From Dehalococcoidia bacterium (GTDB taxonomy: Bacteria; Chloroflexota; Dehalococcoidia; UBA2979), in NCBI GenBank assembly GCA_045562675.1, contig JBJKVL010000008.1:131775-195774 (forward strand): a DNA stretch of 64,000 nt. Direction: 5' to 3'. A program made the position numbers and the translations under genes. The notes beneath the pieces are model-generated. The model saw nothing but the letters and a program-made list of their open reading frames with translations. It was not told where the DNA came from and searched no databases. Positions 19,689-30,395 of the stretch are shown here, piece by piece (the first letter of the stretch is position 1; every line of letters begins with the position of its first letter).

Positions 19689-20984
19689 TCAGCTGTTTGC
19701 TGATATCCAATCGTTGTAATTGTTATGATAATCCACTCGCTTCTGCAAATCATGAACTTTTGAAATTATTTTTTCAAACTCTTCATTAGATAAACCATCT
19801 TTTTTTTGTAAATAATCTTCAACAGCATTGGCAAGCTTTTCACCATTGACTGTATCTAGTGGGTTTAAGTAGCTATTAATAACATAATCAGCTACTTTTT
19901 CAGCATGCTTCATTGAATCTCTAATGTTGCCTTTTCCTGTTACTGCATTGCCTGCCAAAAAAATACCCTTTTCAGTGTCATAGATTCCATTTTCTTCATT
20001 TTCAATCTTGTATGTTTCCCCATTCATTTGGATACCTTCAATAGGTTCTGGTATAGAACCAATTGAAGAAATGATCTGCGTAGTATCCATTGATATAATT
20101 TCATCTGAAGTTTGTACTTTTCCATCAATGAGCTCTGTCTTGTTGAGAATAATGCCTTCAAGTTGGTTATTATTAATAATTAATTCTTTTGGAGATACTA
20201 ATTCATGAAAATTGAATAAAAATTTATCCATAGCTTTTTGTAATATTTTTCCTCTGACATTTTGTATTCTATTTATCACTTCTTCATTAGCACCCTCAGG
20301 TATATCAGCTAACGGCATTTGTTTAGATGTCCTTCGATAAAGAATTGTTGCACCTTTAATATTCAATTGATCATAGTTTATTTTGTATTGTTCGCAAATC
20401 TTAGGAATGCCTTGTGTTTCAATTTCTTCTACATCTATTGCATTTTTAATTGATTCAGGAATGGCATTTTTGAAAAGTTCTATTTGGCAAGCCTTCGCGA
20501 CATCAAGAGAGGCCAAACCTCCACCAATTATTGTTACGCCATCTTTGATTTCAATCTTGTAATCAACTTCATCTTGGTGATTAAACCAATATATAAAATC
20601 ATTTTGATAGACTAGAGAATTTTTTTCAAGAACATCTGAACCTGCTAAGTTTATAGGCCTATCTTTTGATGCACCAATAGCTAAAATGATTGCAGAAAAA
20701 TTCAAATTATTTGACAGATCGTCAAAACTAATATCTTTACCTAATTTTGTTTTTGGAACAAAAAATATGTTTGGATGGTTAAGTCTATCATTAATTTTAG
20801 CATATTCTTGTTCACGTTGTTTTTTATGCCATTTTGGTAAGCCATCTTCTATTTTGCCAAAAGGTCTTGAATTTTGTTCTATTACTACTACAGTATGACC
20901 TTTATCAATTAAGGATGACGCTGCTACTGAGCCTGATACTGCTCCACCAACAATTGCTACTAAGTGCTTACTAGATGCAGACAC
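19689..20984 (-). CDS. FAD/NAD(P)-binding oxidoreductase (adrenodoxin-reductase/FprA-like)
   Basis: N-terminal dinucleotide fold VAIVGGAVSGSVAA...VVVIEQ, then PFGKIEDGLPKWH, and a second Rossmann motif IIGGGLASLDVA. Confidence 0.55.
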   Translation of the reverse strand: MSASSKHLVAIVGGAVSGSVAASSLIDKGHTVVVIEQNSRPFGKIEDGLPKWHKKQREQEYAKINDRLNHPNIFFVPKTKLGKDISFDDLSNNLNFSAIILAIGASKDRPINLAGSDVLEKNSLVYQNDFIYWFNHQDEVDYKIEIKDGVTIIGGGLASLDVAKACQIELFKNAIPESIKNAIDVEEIETQGIPKICEQYKINYDQLNIKGATILYRRTSKQMPLADIPEGANEEVINRIQNVRGKILQKAMDKFLFNFHELVSPKELIINNNQLEGIILNKTELIDGKVQTSDEIISMDTTQIISSIGSIPEPIEGIQMNGETYKIENEENGIYDTEKGIFLAGNAVTGKGNIRDSMKHAEKVADYVINSYLNPLDTVNGEKLANAVEDYLQKKDGLSNEEFEKIISKVHDLQKRVDYHNNYNDWISANS

Positions 20985-21242
20985 AATTTATTCCTTAATT
21001 ATCAAGAAAATAATTTTCTCTATACCAATAAAACTTATTTCTGATCTTTCTTATGCTCAATAGTTTTTATAACAACTTCGTCTTAATAATTAATTTTAAC
21101 TAGAATACAAATAATTAAAAAAAGTTTACAATTAAGGCACAAATTATAAAAAAAAGTTAGTAAAAAAGTGTTTGAAAATGAGCATTGATTTTTTTGCTCA
21201 TGAATTTAGGTTCTTAAAAATTAATAATTAGTCAGGATATTT

Positions 21243-21641
21243 ATGAAGTTGAATTTTTTCTCTTTGGAGCAAGATTTTTCTTTTAGTGAAGAAATAGTAT
21301 TCAGTAATGATTATTTTCAAAAATATAATACTGCTACATCATCTCAAATCGGTAATCATTTTTCTGATAAAATATCTCCTCTTGCAGCTACAGCAATTAT
21401 CCTTGGAAAATTGTTAGATAAATTTGATATACCAATAGGATTATTCCATACTGGGCAAAATGTTAGTGCGTTTAATTTTATTTATCCAAGTATCAAATTA
21501 GATTTGCTTTTTTCAATCTCTAGATCAACAATCAAAAATAACGCAAAATTTGTAACATTTGATTTTCAATTAATGCATGATCAGAAACTCCTTATTTCCG
21601 GGAATACAAACGTTACTGCAAGGCTAGAAAACGGATCATGA
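21243..21641 (+). CDS. hotdog-fold protein, probable non-catalytic partner of the downstream MaoC dehydratase
   Basis: 132 aa. ATGA overlap with the next gene suggests translational coupling. Similarity is weak and judged by eye. Confidence 0.4.
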   Translation: MKLNFFSLEQDFSFSEEIVFSNDYFQKYNTATSSQIGNHFSDKISPLAATAIILGKLLDKFDIPIGLFHTGQNVSAFNFIYPSIKLDLLFSISRSTIKNNAKFVTFDFQLMHDQKLLISGNTNVTARLENGS

Positions 21642-22027
21642 TTGATAAAGTATTAACTATTCCTGCAATAATAAAAAAAATTGACCAGCAATTAGTTAAT
21701 CAATATGCGATTGCTGCCAATGATCCAAACCCTATCCATATCGATCCGAATATAGCTCAACATACTATTTTTAAAAAACCTGTCGCTCATGGAATGCTGG
21801 TTGCTTCTGCAATTTCTGAAGCTATGACATTAGCATATGGTGATGATTGGTTTCAGTATGGTTCTATTCAAATAAAATGGAAATCACCAGCGATTACTCC
21901 AGTTGAAATATTTACAGAGATAACTTTTGCTAAGGAAGATGAAGCAGCAATTACTTATAATGCAAAGTGTTTTAATGAAGATGGTACTATGCTTATTAAT
22001 GGCAAAGTGTCATTAAGAAGAAATTAA
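21638..22027 (+). CDS. MaoC-like (R)-specific enoyl-CoA hydratase/dehydratase
   Basis: 129 aa. YAIAANDPNPIHIDPNIA...PVAHGML hydratase-2 motif. Confidence 0.75.
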   Translation: MIDKVLTIPAIIKKIDQQLVNQYAIAANDPNPIHIDPNIAQHTIFKKPVAHGMLVASAISEAMTLAYGDDWFQYGSIQIKWKSPAITPVEIFTEITFAKEDEAAITYNAKCFNEDGTMLINGKVSLRRN

Positions 22028-22037
22028 TAATATATCT

Positions 22038-22478
22038 ATGAATAATTTTGAATTACAACAACACAATTGTTTTGGCTGCGGCTTGAAAAATGATATTGGC
22101 TTGAAATTAAATTTTACTAAAAAAAATGACTTAATTGTTGGCAGCTTCATTGCACACATAGATTATGAGGGCTTTCCTAATATCTTACATGGAGGCATTC
22201 AGTCCACTATATTAGATGAAGCCATGAATTGGGTATTTTTTATTGATCAAATATTTGTTGTGACTACTAAAATTGAGCTAAAGTTTCGTAGGCCTATCCC
22301 TATAAATGAATCAGTCGTTATTCAAGCTGAACGAATAACAGAGAATAAAAAATTATATACAGCAAAAGGACAAATCATTCTAGAATCAGGTGCTATTGCA
22401 ACAGAATCATATGGTGAATTTTACGTTATGAAAGAAAGTGAAAAGCATAAAGTCATTGAGCATTTTAATAATAATTAA
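22038..22478 (+). CDS. PaaI-family thioesterase
   Basis: 146 aa. CFGCG near the N-terminus and NILHGGIQSTILDEAM. Confidence 0.7.
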   Translation: MNNFELQQHNCFGCGLKNDIGLKLNFTKKNDLIVGSFIAHIDYEGFPNILHGGIQSTILDEAMNWVFFIDQIFVVTTKIELKFRRPIPINESVVIQAERITENKKLYTAKGQIILESGAIATESYGEFYVMKESEKHKVIEHFNNN

Positions 22479-23656
22479 GTACTTTTTTTGAATTGTTCAT
22501 TACCAAATATAAAGAAAATAATTGCCACAATAAAAAGCAAGACGCTATTAATTTCTAAGCTTGTTTCTAAACTGTATTTATCAGCAATCAATCCTAAGAT
22601 TGGCGGGCCAATTACAAATCCAATATCACCTGCTGTACGGTATAGGCTCATTGCTATTCCAGTAATTTCTTTAGGAGATATATCTACAACGTATGCTGCT
22701 GGTGCAGGTCCTGCCAAAGCCATCGACAAGCTAATTAAAATTGAAACTAATATGAAAGAAAATAGACTATCTGAAAATGTATAGAGTAATAAGCAAAAAC
22801 CAGCTGCTATCAAACTCGGTAAAATAACTTTTCTTCTTCCATATTGATCCGCTAAAAATGATGCAGGTATTAAAACTATGAGATGCATTATTGCTTGTAC
22901 AGTAAAAATAATTCCAATCATGCCGGTTGAAATATTTAATTTTGTTACAGCTAATAATGGAATAATCGTATGCCTGCTTCCTTGACGTGTTAAAAATATT
23001 GCAATTGTTACTAATCCAATTGAAACAAATTCCATTGATTTAATTAATTTGATTATCAAATTTTTAGTACTAGGTGTTTTTTTTGTATTTATGTTTGTTG
23101 CATTGTTTTCTTTTTGCTTGACTAATGTTTCCGGTAATCGCATAGCACTATAGAAACTAGCAAGTGCAACTATTATCCCAATAAAGTAAAAAGGCATTCT
23201 TATTCCATATAATTCTGCTAGTATGCCTCCAATAGCTGGACCAATCGCTACTCCGCTCAGTAAAGCTGCTTGATTCATGCCTATAAATCTAGCACGATTG
23301 CTATCATCAGAAATATCAGATATATATGCCAATGCTGCTAATGTATACATGCCATGCCCAATCCCTGAAATAAATCTGGCAAATAATAACATCATTAGGT
23401 TATTGGAATAACCAGTTAAAATAATACCAAATGCATTAATTAATGGTCCAAGAATTAACAGTGGGCGCCTACCAATTTTATCCGTAATAATTCCTATAGG
23501 AAAATTGAATAATAATCGAGCAAAAGCAAAAATTGACACTGCGAAACCTATTGAGCTGACTGTAATATTTAAATTTTTGGCAAATATTGGCAATAGCGGA
23601 GATATGACTCCTTGGCCAGTTGAAATAAATGCTGTAGCTATACAAAGCATCACCAA
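22475..23656 (-). CDS. MFS transporter
   Basis: 393 aa with about 12 TM segments. MFS motif A occurs twice (ITDKIGRRPLL and ADQYGRRKVIL). Confidence 0.85.
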   Translation of the reverse strand: MVMLCIATAFISTGQGVISPLLPIFAKNLNITVSSIGFAVSIFAFARLLFNFPIGIITDKIGRRPLLILGPLINAFGIILTGYSNNLMMLLFARFISGIGHGMYTLAALAYISDISDDSNRARFIGMNQAALLSGVAIGPAIGGILAELYGIRMPFYFIGIIVALASFYSAMRLPETLVKQKENNATNINTKKTPSTKNLIIKLIKSMEFVSIGLVTIAIFLTRQGSRHTIIPLLAVTKLNISTGMIGIIFTVQAIMHLIVLIPASFLADQYGRRKVILPSLIAAGFCLLLYTFSDSLFSFILVSILISLSMALAGPAPAAYVVDISPKEITGIAMSLYRTAGDIGFVIGPPILGLIADKYSLETSLEINSVLLFIVAIIFFIFGNEQFKKST

Positions 23657-23844
23657 TTTATTATTAAAAATTTTTTTAATTTTTTTTCCTTTGTATTTTT
23701 ATATAAATTATAAATATTGTTTAGTAAAAATTTTAGAAATTAAGTTAAAATGTTGTTTTTTACAGTTTATTGAATAATTACTCTATATTTATAGACATTA
23801 ATTAAAAATTATAATAATTTATTTTTAACAAGCTTGGAGGTAAT

Positions 23845-24597
23845 GTGTCTGAAACAATTTTACAAGTAAACAACTTAAATGTGTCATTAACAGATAACAA
23901 AGAAATTTCTATTTTGAATGGTTTAGATTTATCTATCAATCCAGGTGAGATTCATGCAATAATGGGGCCAAACGGTTCTGGAAAAAGCACATTAGCAAAT
24001 ACTATAGCAGGTAATCCGATGTATCAAATTGATAGCGGGGATATCTTGATGGATAACAAGAGTGTTATAGAAATGAGTCCTGATGAAAGAGCTAAAAATG
24101 GTATATTTCTATCATTTCAATATCCAACTGCAATACCTGGCGTGACAATGGTTAATATGCTGAGAGCTTCATTGAAGGCAATACGAGGGGAAGAGCCATC
24201 AGCACGTGAGTTTATCGAAGAACTAAAAGAGACACTTAACAGACTAAAAATGGATGAGTCTTTTGCAAGAAGATATGTTAATGATGGTTTTTCTGGAGGA
24301 GAGAAAAAACGAGCAGAAATCCTTCAACTTGGCATGATTAAACCTAAATTAGCTATTTTAGATGAAACTGACTCTGGCTTAGATGTTGATGCACTTCGAG
24401 CAGTTGCAGATGGAATTAATACTTTAAAAACGTCTGAAATGAGCATCTTAATGATTACGCATTATGAACGAATTTTAAACTACGTTAAGCCAGATTTTGT
24501 GCATATTTTAGTAGATGGGAAGATTGTTAAGTCTGGTGGTTTTGAATTAGCAAAAGAAATTGAAGAACAAGGATATGATCCTATATTAAGTTCATAG
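23845..24597 (+). CDS. sufC: Fe-S cluster assembly ATPase SufC
   Basis: 250 aa. Walker [13 protein letters not shown] signature FSGGEKKR and Walker [16 protein letters not shown] start preceded by GGAGG. Confidence 0.93.
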   Translation: MSETILQVNNLNVSLTDNKEISILNGLDLSINPGEIHAIMGPNGSGKSTLANTIAGNPMYQIDSGDILMDNKSVIEMSPDERAKNGIFLSFQYPTAIPGVTMVNMLRASLKAIRGEEPSAREFIEELKETLNRLKMDESFARRYVNDGFSGGEKKRAEILQLGMIKPKLAILDETDSGLDVDALRAVADGINTLKTSEMSILMITHYERILNYVKPDFVHILVDGKIVKSGGFELAKEIEEQGYDPILSS

Positions 24598-24703
24598 ATG
24601 CTAAATCATATTTAAAGTGAGGACTATTTTTGAACGTTATTGATACTAATTGTAGCCACAGAAAAAATATAAGATTAAAATAAAGCTATAAGGAGCTAAA
24701 ATT

Positions 24704-26146
24704 ATGGCGAAATCAAATGCAAAGTCAGTCCAAGAAGCAGCAGACGCAGCGGCAGCAGCTGTCGGTGAATACAAATGGGGATTTCATGATACTGAAACAC
24801 CACTTTATCAAGCAGATAAAGGATTGAATGCAGGTATTGTAAATGATATTTCTTCAATGAAAAATGAGCCTAAGTGGATGCTTGATAAAAGAATGCAGGC
24901 ATTAGAAATTTTTCGAGAATCAAAGAATCCAAAATGGCCTGGAAGTTCTGATTTACTTGGAGAAATAGATTTTGATAATATTCGTTATTATGTTAAAGCT
25001 ACTGATAAAGATTCAACTGATTGGGATGATGTGCCTGAGTATATTAAGGACACTTTTGATAAACTTGGAATTCCAGAAGCAGAAAAACAATTTCTAGCTG
25101 GCGCTGGTGCGCAGTATGATTCTGAAGTTGTTTATCATAACATTCGAGAAGATCTTGCAAAACAAGGAGTCTTATTTCTTGGAATGGATCAAGCACTTGC
25201 TGAACATCCAGAGATTGTAAAAGAGCATTTTGGTACTGTTATTCCTTCTGGTGATAATAAATATGCTGCCTTAAATACTGCTGTTTGGTCGGGAGGCTCA
25301 TTTATATATGTTCCACCTGGTGTAAAAGTAGATATTCCATTACAAGCATATTTTAGAATTAACACTGAGAACATGGGTCAATTTGAAAGAACATTAATTA
25401 TTGCTGATGAAGGCTCCTATGTTCATTATGTTGAAGGTTGCACAGCTCCAACTTATAGTAGCGATTCTTTGCATTCTGCTGTGGTTGAAATCATTGTTAA
25501 AAAAAATGCACGTGTTCGATATACTACTATACAGAATTGGTCAAACAATGTTTATAACTTAGTAACCAAAAGAGCCGTTGCATATCAAGATGCAGTTATG
25601 GAATGGGTTGATGGTAATATTGGCTCAAAACTAACAATGAAATATCCATCCGTTTACCTAATGGAACCAGGTGCTCATGGCGAAATTCTTTCTTTGGCTT
25701 TTGCTGGAAATGACCAGCATCAAGATGCTGGCGGTAAAGTTGTCCATGTTGCCCCAAATACCTCATCTGCCATTGTGTCAAAATCTGTTTCTAGAGGGGC
25801 AGGACGTACTTCATATAGAGGGCTATTAAAAGTCCATGAAGGAGCAGAAAACAGCTCATCTACAGTTCGCTGTGATGCACTGTTACTTGATGATTTATCT
25901 CGATCTGATACATATCCGACGATGGAAGTTGATTCTGATAATGTAAATATTGGACATGAAGCCTCTGTTTCAAAATTAGGCGATGATCAATTGTTTTATT
26001 TGATGAGTAGAGGAATCAATGAAGAAGAAGCTGCAAAAATGGTTGTTAACGGATTTGTGGAACCAATTGTTAAAGAGCTTCCTATGGAGTATGCGATTGA
26101 GTTAAATCGATTAATCGAATTGCAAATGGAAGGTTCAGTTGGTTAG
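24704..26146 (+). CDS. sufB: Fe-S cluster assembly scaffold SufB
   Basis: 480 aa. Highly conserved SufB C-terminal beta-helix, including [24 protein letters not shown]. Confidence 0.93.
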   Translation: MAKSNAKSVQEAADAAAAAVGEYKWGFHDTETPLYQADKGLNAGIVNDISSMKNEPKWMLDKRMQALEIFRESKNPKWPGSSDLLGEIDFDNIRYYVKATDKDSTDWDDVPEYIKDTFDKLGIPEAEKQFLAGAGAQYDSEVVYHNIREDLAKQGVLFLGMDQALAEHPEIVKEHFGTVIPSGDNKYAALNTAVWSGGSFIYVPPGVKVDIPLQAYFRINTENMGQFERTLIIADEGSYVHYVEGCTAPTYSSDSLHSAVVEIIVKKNARVRYTTIQNWSNNVYNLVTKRAVAYQDAVMEWVDGNIGSKLTMKYPSVYLMEPGAHGEILSLAFAGNDQHQDAGGKVVHVAPNTSSAIVSKSVSRGAGRTSYRGLLKVHEGAENSSSTVRCDALLLDDLSRSDTYPTMEVDSDNVNIGHEASVSKLGDDQLFYLMSRGINEEEAAKMVVNGFVEPIVKELPMEYAIELNRLIELQMEGSVG

Positions 26147-26194
26147 TAATCTTAATGACTTTATTTGATTGTTTCAATTATGAGTAAATAAAAA

Positions 26195-27349
26195 ATGACT
26201 AATAATTCCTTAAAAATTTTTGCAAAAGATTCACTAGATTCATTTAACAATATTGATATGCCTTCGAAACTCGATAGGCCTTGGCGGTATACTGATATAT
26301 CTCATATAACATTTGTTCCAGATGAACTTGAAGGTTTAAATTACAATATTGATATTTCAAACAACTTAGTAGACGGTGTTATTGTTGAGCATGCTAGTAA
26401 AGATCAATTAGATCAATTTCATAAAATTTTTTCTGATAATGTTGGCAAAACACAAGTTATAAATCCTGACAAATTTTCACTTACTAATGATGCATTTTGG
26501 CATAACAGTATTTTAGTTCACTCTAAAAAAAATGCAGTCATGGATGAGCCTATTAAAATTGATATTTCGTCTGATGCAGTTGCAATGCTGCCTAGGATAT
26601 TAGTTTATGCTGAAGAAAATTCGGAAATTAGAATACAGCTTTCTACTTCTTCAGAAGCAATAACTAAATTTGTGATTTCTACTATAGAAATCTTTGCAGA
26701 AAAATCTGCTCGCATCAAATTATTCGTTACTAGTCATCTCAACAATCTCACTGAAGAATTTATGTACGTGCGAGCTAACCTTGACACAAATTCTGATTTC
26801 GAGTTAGCGCTACTTCCTGTCACTGGCAAATTATTCAAGCATACTGTGGAGAACTCTATTGTTGGAGAAGGTGCTAATGCTTCAATTAAAGGATTTGCCT
26901 TAGGAGATGACGATCAGCATTTTGACTTTGTTACGATTCAGGATCATATTGGTGAAAAAAGTACTTCACATGTTGATATTCGTTCAGCATTAGGTGACTC
27001 GTCTAGAAATGTTTATTATGGCATTACAAGAGTAGAAGAATCTGCATTTGATGCAGAAGCTGAGCAATCAAACAGAAACCTTTTACTTTCTTCAAATGCT
27101 AAAGCAGATTCTGATCCAGTATTGGAAATTTTAACATCACATGTTATCAAATGCGGGCATGCTGCTACTGTCGGCCCTTTGGATAACGATGCTATTTATT
27201 ATTTACAAAGCCGAGGATTATCAATGAAGGAAGCAACTAAATTACTAGTATCTGGGTCATTTAGTGAAACTTTCGCCAATATGCCATTTAGCGACATCCA
27301 AGACGTCCTTTTGAAGGTCATAAATAAAAAATTGGAGCAACTGAATTGA
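26195..27349 (+). CDS. sufD: Fe-S cluster assembly protein SufD
   Basis: 384 aa. SufB/SufD family C-terminus (CGHAATVGPLDNDAIYYLQSRGL), positioned after sufB. Confidence 0.88.
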   Translation: MTNNSLKIFAKDSLDSFNNIDMPSKLDRPWRYTDISHITFVPDELEGLNYNIDISNNLVDGVIVEHASKDQLDQFHKIFSDNVGKTQVINPDKFSLTNDAFWHNSILVHSKKNAVMDEPIKIDISSDAVAMLPRILVYAEENSEIRIQLSTSSEAITKFVISTIEIFAEKSARIKLFVTSHLNNLTEEFMYVRANLDTNSDFELALLPVTGKLFKHTVENSIVGEGANASIKGFALGDDDQHFDFVTIQDHIGEKSTSHVDIRSALGDSSRNVYYGITRVEESAFDAEAEQSNRNLLLSSNAKADSDPVLEILTSHVIKCGHAATVGPLDNDAIYYLQSRGLSMKEATKLLVSGSFSETFANMPFSDIQDVLLKVINKKLEQLN

Positions 27350-27651
27350 TTTTTGTTTGCGATGCAAATGAATTAAATGAAGGAGAATGTAAATCATTTT
27401 CAATTAATGATAGTAAATATTTGTTGTCTAAATTAGATGATAGATATTATGCCATTGAGGATATGTGCACTCATGACGGGGAAACACTAAGTGGAGGCAG
27501 ATTGCTCGGTCAAGAAATTTCTTGTCCGCGACATGGTGCTCTTTTTGATGTTACTACTGGTAAAGTATGTTCCTTACCAGCCTTATATGATGTAAAATCT
27601 TTTTCTGTTATCAAAAAAGACACCTCTTTATTTATTGAGATTGAAGATTAA
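27346..27651 (+). CDS. Rieske [2Fe-2S] ferredoxin-like protein
   Basis: 101 aa. CTHDGETL...CPRHGALF gives the Rieske C-x-H / C-x-x-H ligand pairs. Confidence 0.85.
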   Translation: MIFVCDANELNEGECKSFSINDSKYLLSKLDDRYYAIEDMCTHDGETLSGGRLLGQEISCPRHGALFDVTTGKVCSLPALYDVKSFSVIKKDTSLFIEIED

Positions 27652-27652
27652 T

Positions 27653-28900
27653 ATGAATGATGGCCTAAAGTCATTAGAAGATAAAATTATAAAGATTCGT
27701 AATGACTTTCCAATATTAAGCAGAGAGATTAATGGCAACAACCTATCTTATCTAGATAATGCTGCCTCTAGCCAAAAGCCAAATGCAGTAATCGATAAAA
27801 TGTCATCAATTTATTCGAATTCGTATTCTAATGTCCATAGAGGTGTTCATACGCTATCAATGGAATCGACTATAGCTTATGAGGATGTACGAAAAACAGT
27901 TGCCGGATTTATTAATGCTCCTAATCATGAATCAATAATATATACGAAGGGCACTACGGATTCAATTAATTTATTTTGCCAAGGATGGGCAAAAAATAAT
28001 TTAAAAAAAGGTGACAAGGTAGTTTTGTCTGAAGTTGAGCATCATGCAAATTTAGTACCGTGGTTTATGCTTAGAGATGCTATTGGGATTGTAATAGAGT
28101 ACATTCCTGTCGGAGAAGACTTTTTACTTGACATGAATGTTGCTGAACAAGTTATAGATGAACAAACAAAAATAGTTTCCATATCACACATATCTAATTC
28201 GCTAGGCACTATTGTTCCTTTAAAGGAAATTATTGAAATCGCCCATAAGAATGATGCAATTGTATTAGTTGATGGTGCACAGAGCATTCCGCATCAGCGA
28301 ATCGATGTAGGCGTCCTGGATATTGATGTCTTGGTGTTTTCTGCCCATAAAATGTGTGGACCAACTGGAGTTGGCATATTATGGGGCAAGGAATCAATTT
28401 TGAATCAAATGGAACCTATCTCAGGAGGAGGTGATATGATTTCATCTGTTACTTTTGATAATGCTAATTGGAATGAAATCCCTTATCGCTTTGAAGCTGG
28501 AACACCTAATATTGTAGGCGTTATTGGCTTAGGAGCAGCAATTGATTATTTGGAATCTGTGAATTTTGCTGAATTATCCCAATTTTCCCATTATTTATCT
28601 GAATATGCTCGTCAGGAATTAAGTGATATTAAAGGAGTTCAAGTTCTTGGTCCTAGTCATGCTAAAATGCGTTCAAGTTTATTTTCATTTGTTATTGATG
28701 ATATCCATCCTCATGATGTGGCACAGGTGTTGGATGCTCAGGGCATAGCAATAAGAGCGGGACATCATTGTGCTCAACCTACTTTAAATAAATTTGGTCT
28801 TTCATCTACAGCACGTGCATCTTTCTATTTGTATAATAATCTTGAGGATACAAAACAATTGGTCAATGGTGTACGATCAGTCATTAGTAGGTTTACATAA
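27653..28900 (+). CDS. sufS: cysteine desulfurase SufS (class II)
   Basis: HRGVHTLS, PLP lysine in FSAHKMCGPTGVGIL, and active-site RAGHHCAQP. ATG 27653 lies just after the Rieske stop. The ORF track starts at 27635. Confidence 0.9.
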   Translation: MNDGLKSLEDKIIKIRNDFPILSREINGNNLSYLDNAASSQKPNAVIDKMSSIYSNSYSNVHRGVHTLSMESTIAYEDVRKTVAGFINAPNHESIIYTKGTTDSINLFCQGWAKNNLKKGDKVVLSEVEHHANLVPWFMLRDAIGIVIEYIPVGEDFLLDMNVAEQVIDEQTKIVSISHISNSLGTIVPLKEIIEIAHKNDAIVLVDGAQSIPHQRIDVGVLDIDVLVFSAHKMCGPTGVGILWGKESILNQMEPISGGGDMISSVTFDNANWNEIPYRFEAGTPNIVGVIGLGAAIDYLESVNFAELSQFSHYLSEYARQELSDIKGVQVLGPSHAKMRSSLFSFVIDDIHPHDVAQVLDAQGIAIRAGHHCAQPTLNKFGLSSTARASFYLYNNLEDTKQLVNGVRSVISRFT

Positions 28901-29340
28901 TGAATAATGGATTAGATGATTTATATAGAGAAATTATTTTGGATCATAATCGTAATCCAAGGAATTATGGTTCTATACAACAAGATGACGTTGTTGCAAT
29001 TGAAGAGTATAATCCGTTGTGTGGTGACAAAATAATTGTTTATCTCACTTCTGCTTCAGGCATCGTTGAAAATATTAAGTTTGAAGGTGAGGGTTGTTCA
29101 ATTTCACAAGCATCTGCTTCAATTATGACTGACTTAATAATGGGTACCGATATTCAAAAGGCAAATAAGTTAATTGAGCAATTTCATAATTTTATGGTAG
29201 ATAATGATGATAATATTCCAGATAACGAATTAGGTGATATTGATTCCTTGCAAGGAGTTAGAAAATTTCCAGCAAGAGTAAAGTGTGCTGGTCTTGCTTG
29301 GTCGTCATTAAAAAAAGCAATCGGTAATATAAAAAATTAA
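28900..29340 (+). CDS. sufU: SUF sulfur-transfer/scaffold protein SufU (IscU-like)
   Basis: 146 aa. NPLCGD, GEGCSISQASAS and VKCAGLAW cysteine motifs. Confidence 0.88.
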   Translation: MNNGLDDLYREIILDHNRNPRNYGSIQQDDVVAIEEYNPLCGDKIIVYLTSASGIVENIKFEGEGCSISQASASIMTDLIMGTDIQKANKLIEQFHNFMVDNDDNIPDNELGDIDSLQGVRKFPARVKCAGLAWSSLKKAIGNIKN

Positions 29341-29361
29341 TTTAATTGAAAGGATTCCATT

Positions 29362-29697
29362 ATGGATACAGAAAAATCATTAGATGACAAAAATTATGAT
29401 AGTGATGCGCTTATGGAAATACTTAAATCTGTGGAAGATCCAGAATTAAAAATGAGCGTTGTGGATCTTGGTTTAATATACAAAATTGACATTCAAGAGG
29501 ATAAAAAAGTTACAGTAGACATGACTTTAACTTCGCCAGGTTGTCCAGTTGGGCCGCTCATTCAAAGTCAAATCTACTATAAATTAATGGATTTAGATGC
29601 ATTAGACGACGTTGTTGTTAATATTGTTTGGGATCCACCATGGGATCCAAAAATAATGGCATCAGAAGAAGTTAAACTAATGTTGGGTATTTTTTAA
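29362..29697 (+). CDS. DUF59/MIP18-family Fe-S assembly protein (SufT-like)
   Basis: 111 aa. TLTSPGCPVGP motif, as the terminal gene of the suf operon. Confidence 0.8.
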   Translation: MDTEKSLDDKNYDSDALMEILKSVEDPELKMSVVDLGLIYKIDIQEDKKVTVDMTLTSPGCPVGPLIQSQIYYKLMDLDALDDVVVNIVWDPPWDPKIMASEEVKLMLGIF

Positions 29698-29705
29698 TCT
29701 CTATT

Positions 29706-30230
29706 TTATCTTTGACCAATTTGCCTGCCGTGTTTTGGTTTTCCGTATTTGCTTACTGAGATGGTTGAACAGTATGATTCATCAAATACATTGTTTTGAT
29801 TGCAAATTCCATATTTAACTTGATTAATTGAAACTTCCACTTCTTCTTCTAAAGTCCTTACTTCAAATTCATCTAATTGCTTAATTTGATTGCTTAATTG
29901 TTCTCCATATTCATTAAAATATGTTTTGTCACATTCATTAAAAAAAACTGGACTAAAATTATTCACTTTAATATCTCTTCTATATGATAAATTACATCCA
30001 TTATTTGGATCTCTTGAATAAAATGCAGATATATCTTTGTTAGCATTTAAAATAAACCAAATCCCATGTACGTTATTATTTTCATCCTGACCAAAACTGA
30101 TTATTGGGTAAAATTTATTTCCTGTAGTTCTAATTTTTTCAATATCTTGGTTGATTGTTAAGCTTCTTGTGTCATTGCTAGAGATGATATATGAACAAGA
30201 GAATACTAACAGGAAACTAAGAGAAATCAT
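29706..30230 (-). CDS. hypothetical secreted protein or lipoprotein
   Basis: 174 aa. N-terminal hydrophobic segment ending in FSC (a possible lipobox). No family recognised. Confidence 0.45.
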   Translation of the reverse strand: MISLSFLLVFSCSYIISSNDTRSLTINQDIEKIRTTGNKFYPIISFGQDENNNVHGIWFILNANKDISAFYSRDPNNGCNLSYRRDIKVNNFSPVFFNECDKTYFNEYGEQLSNQIKQLDEFEVRTLEEEVEVSINQVKYGICNQNNVFDESYCSTISVSKYGKPKHGRQIGQR

Positions 30231-30395
30231 TACGATCCTAAATGTAGCTCTTGATTGTTTTTTTTCTTTAGTAATATTTTACTCACATCTCTTATTGATT
30301 CTTATTTACTATTTAATTATATATATTGCTCAAATGCTATAATTTCATTAATTTTTATAATCTCTTTGTGAAAACAATTTTTAGGATTTATTCGC

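Noticed and set aside
21178-21201. Inverted repeat ATGAGCA-N10-TGCTCAT upstream of the hotdog gene at 21243. It shares the TGAGCA/TGCTCA half-site with the palindrome in the groEL leader and could be a common operator.
   Set aside because: There are only two occurrences, with different spacing (10 nt against 2 nt). The half-site is a short 6-7 nt sequence that could recur by chance. A shared regulator is not supportable without genome-wide statistics.
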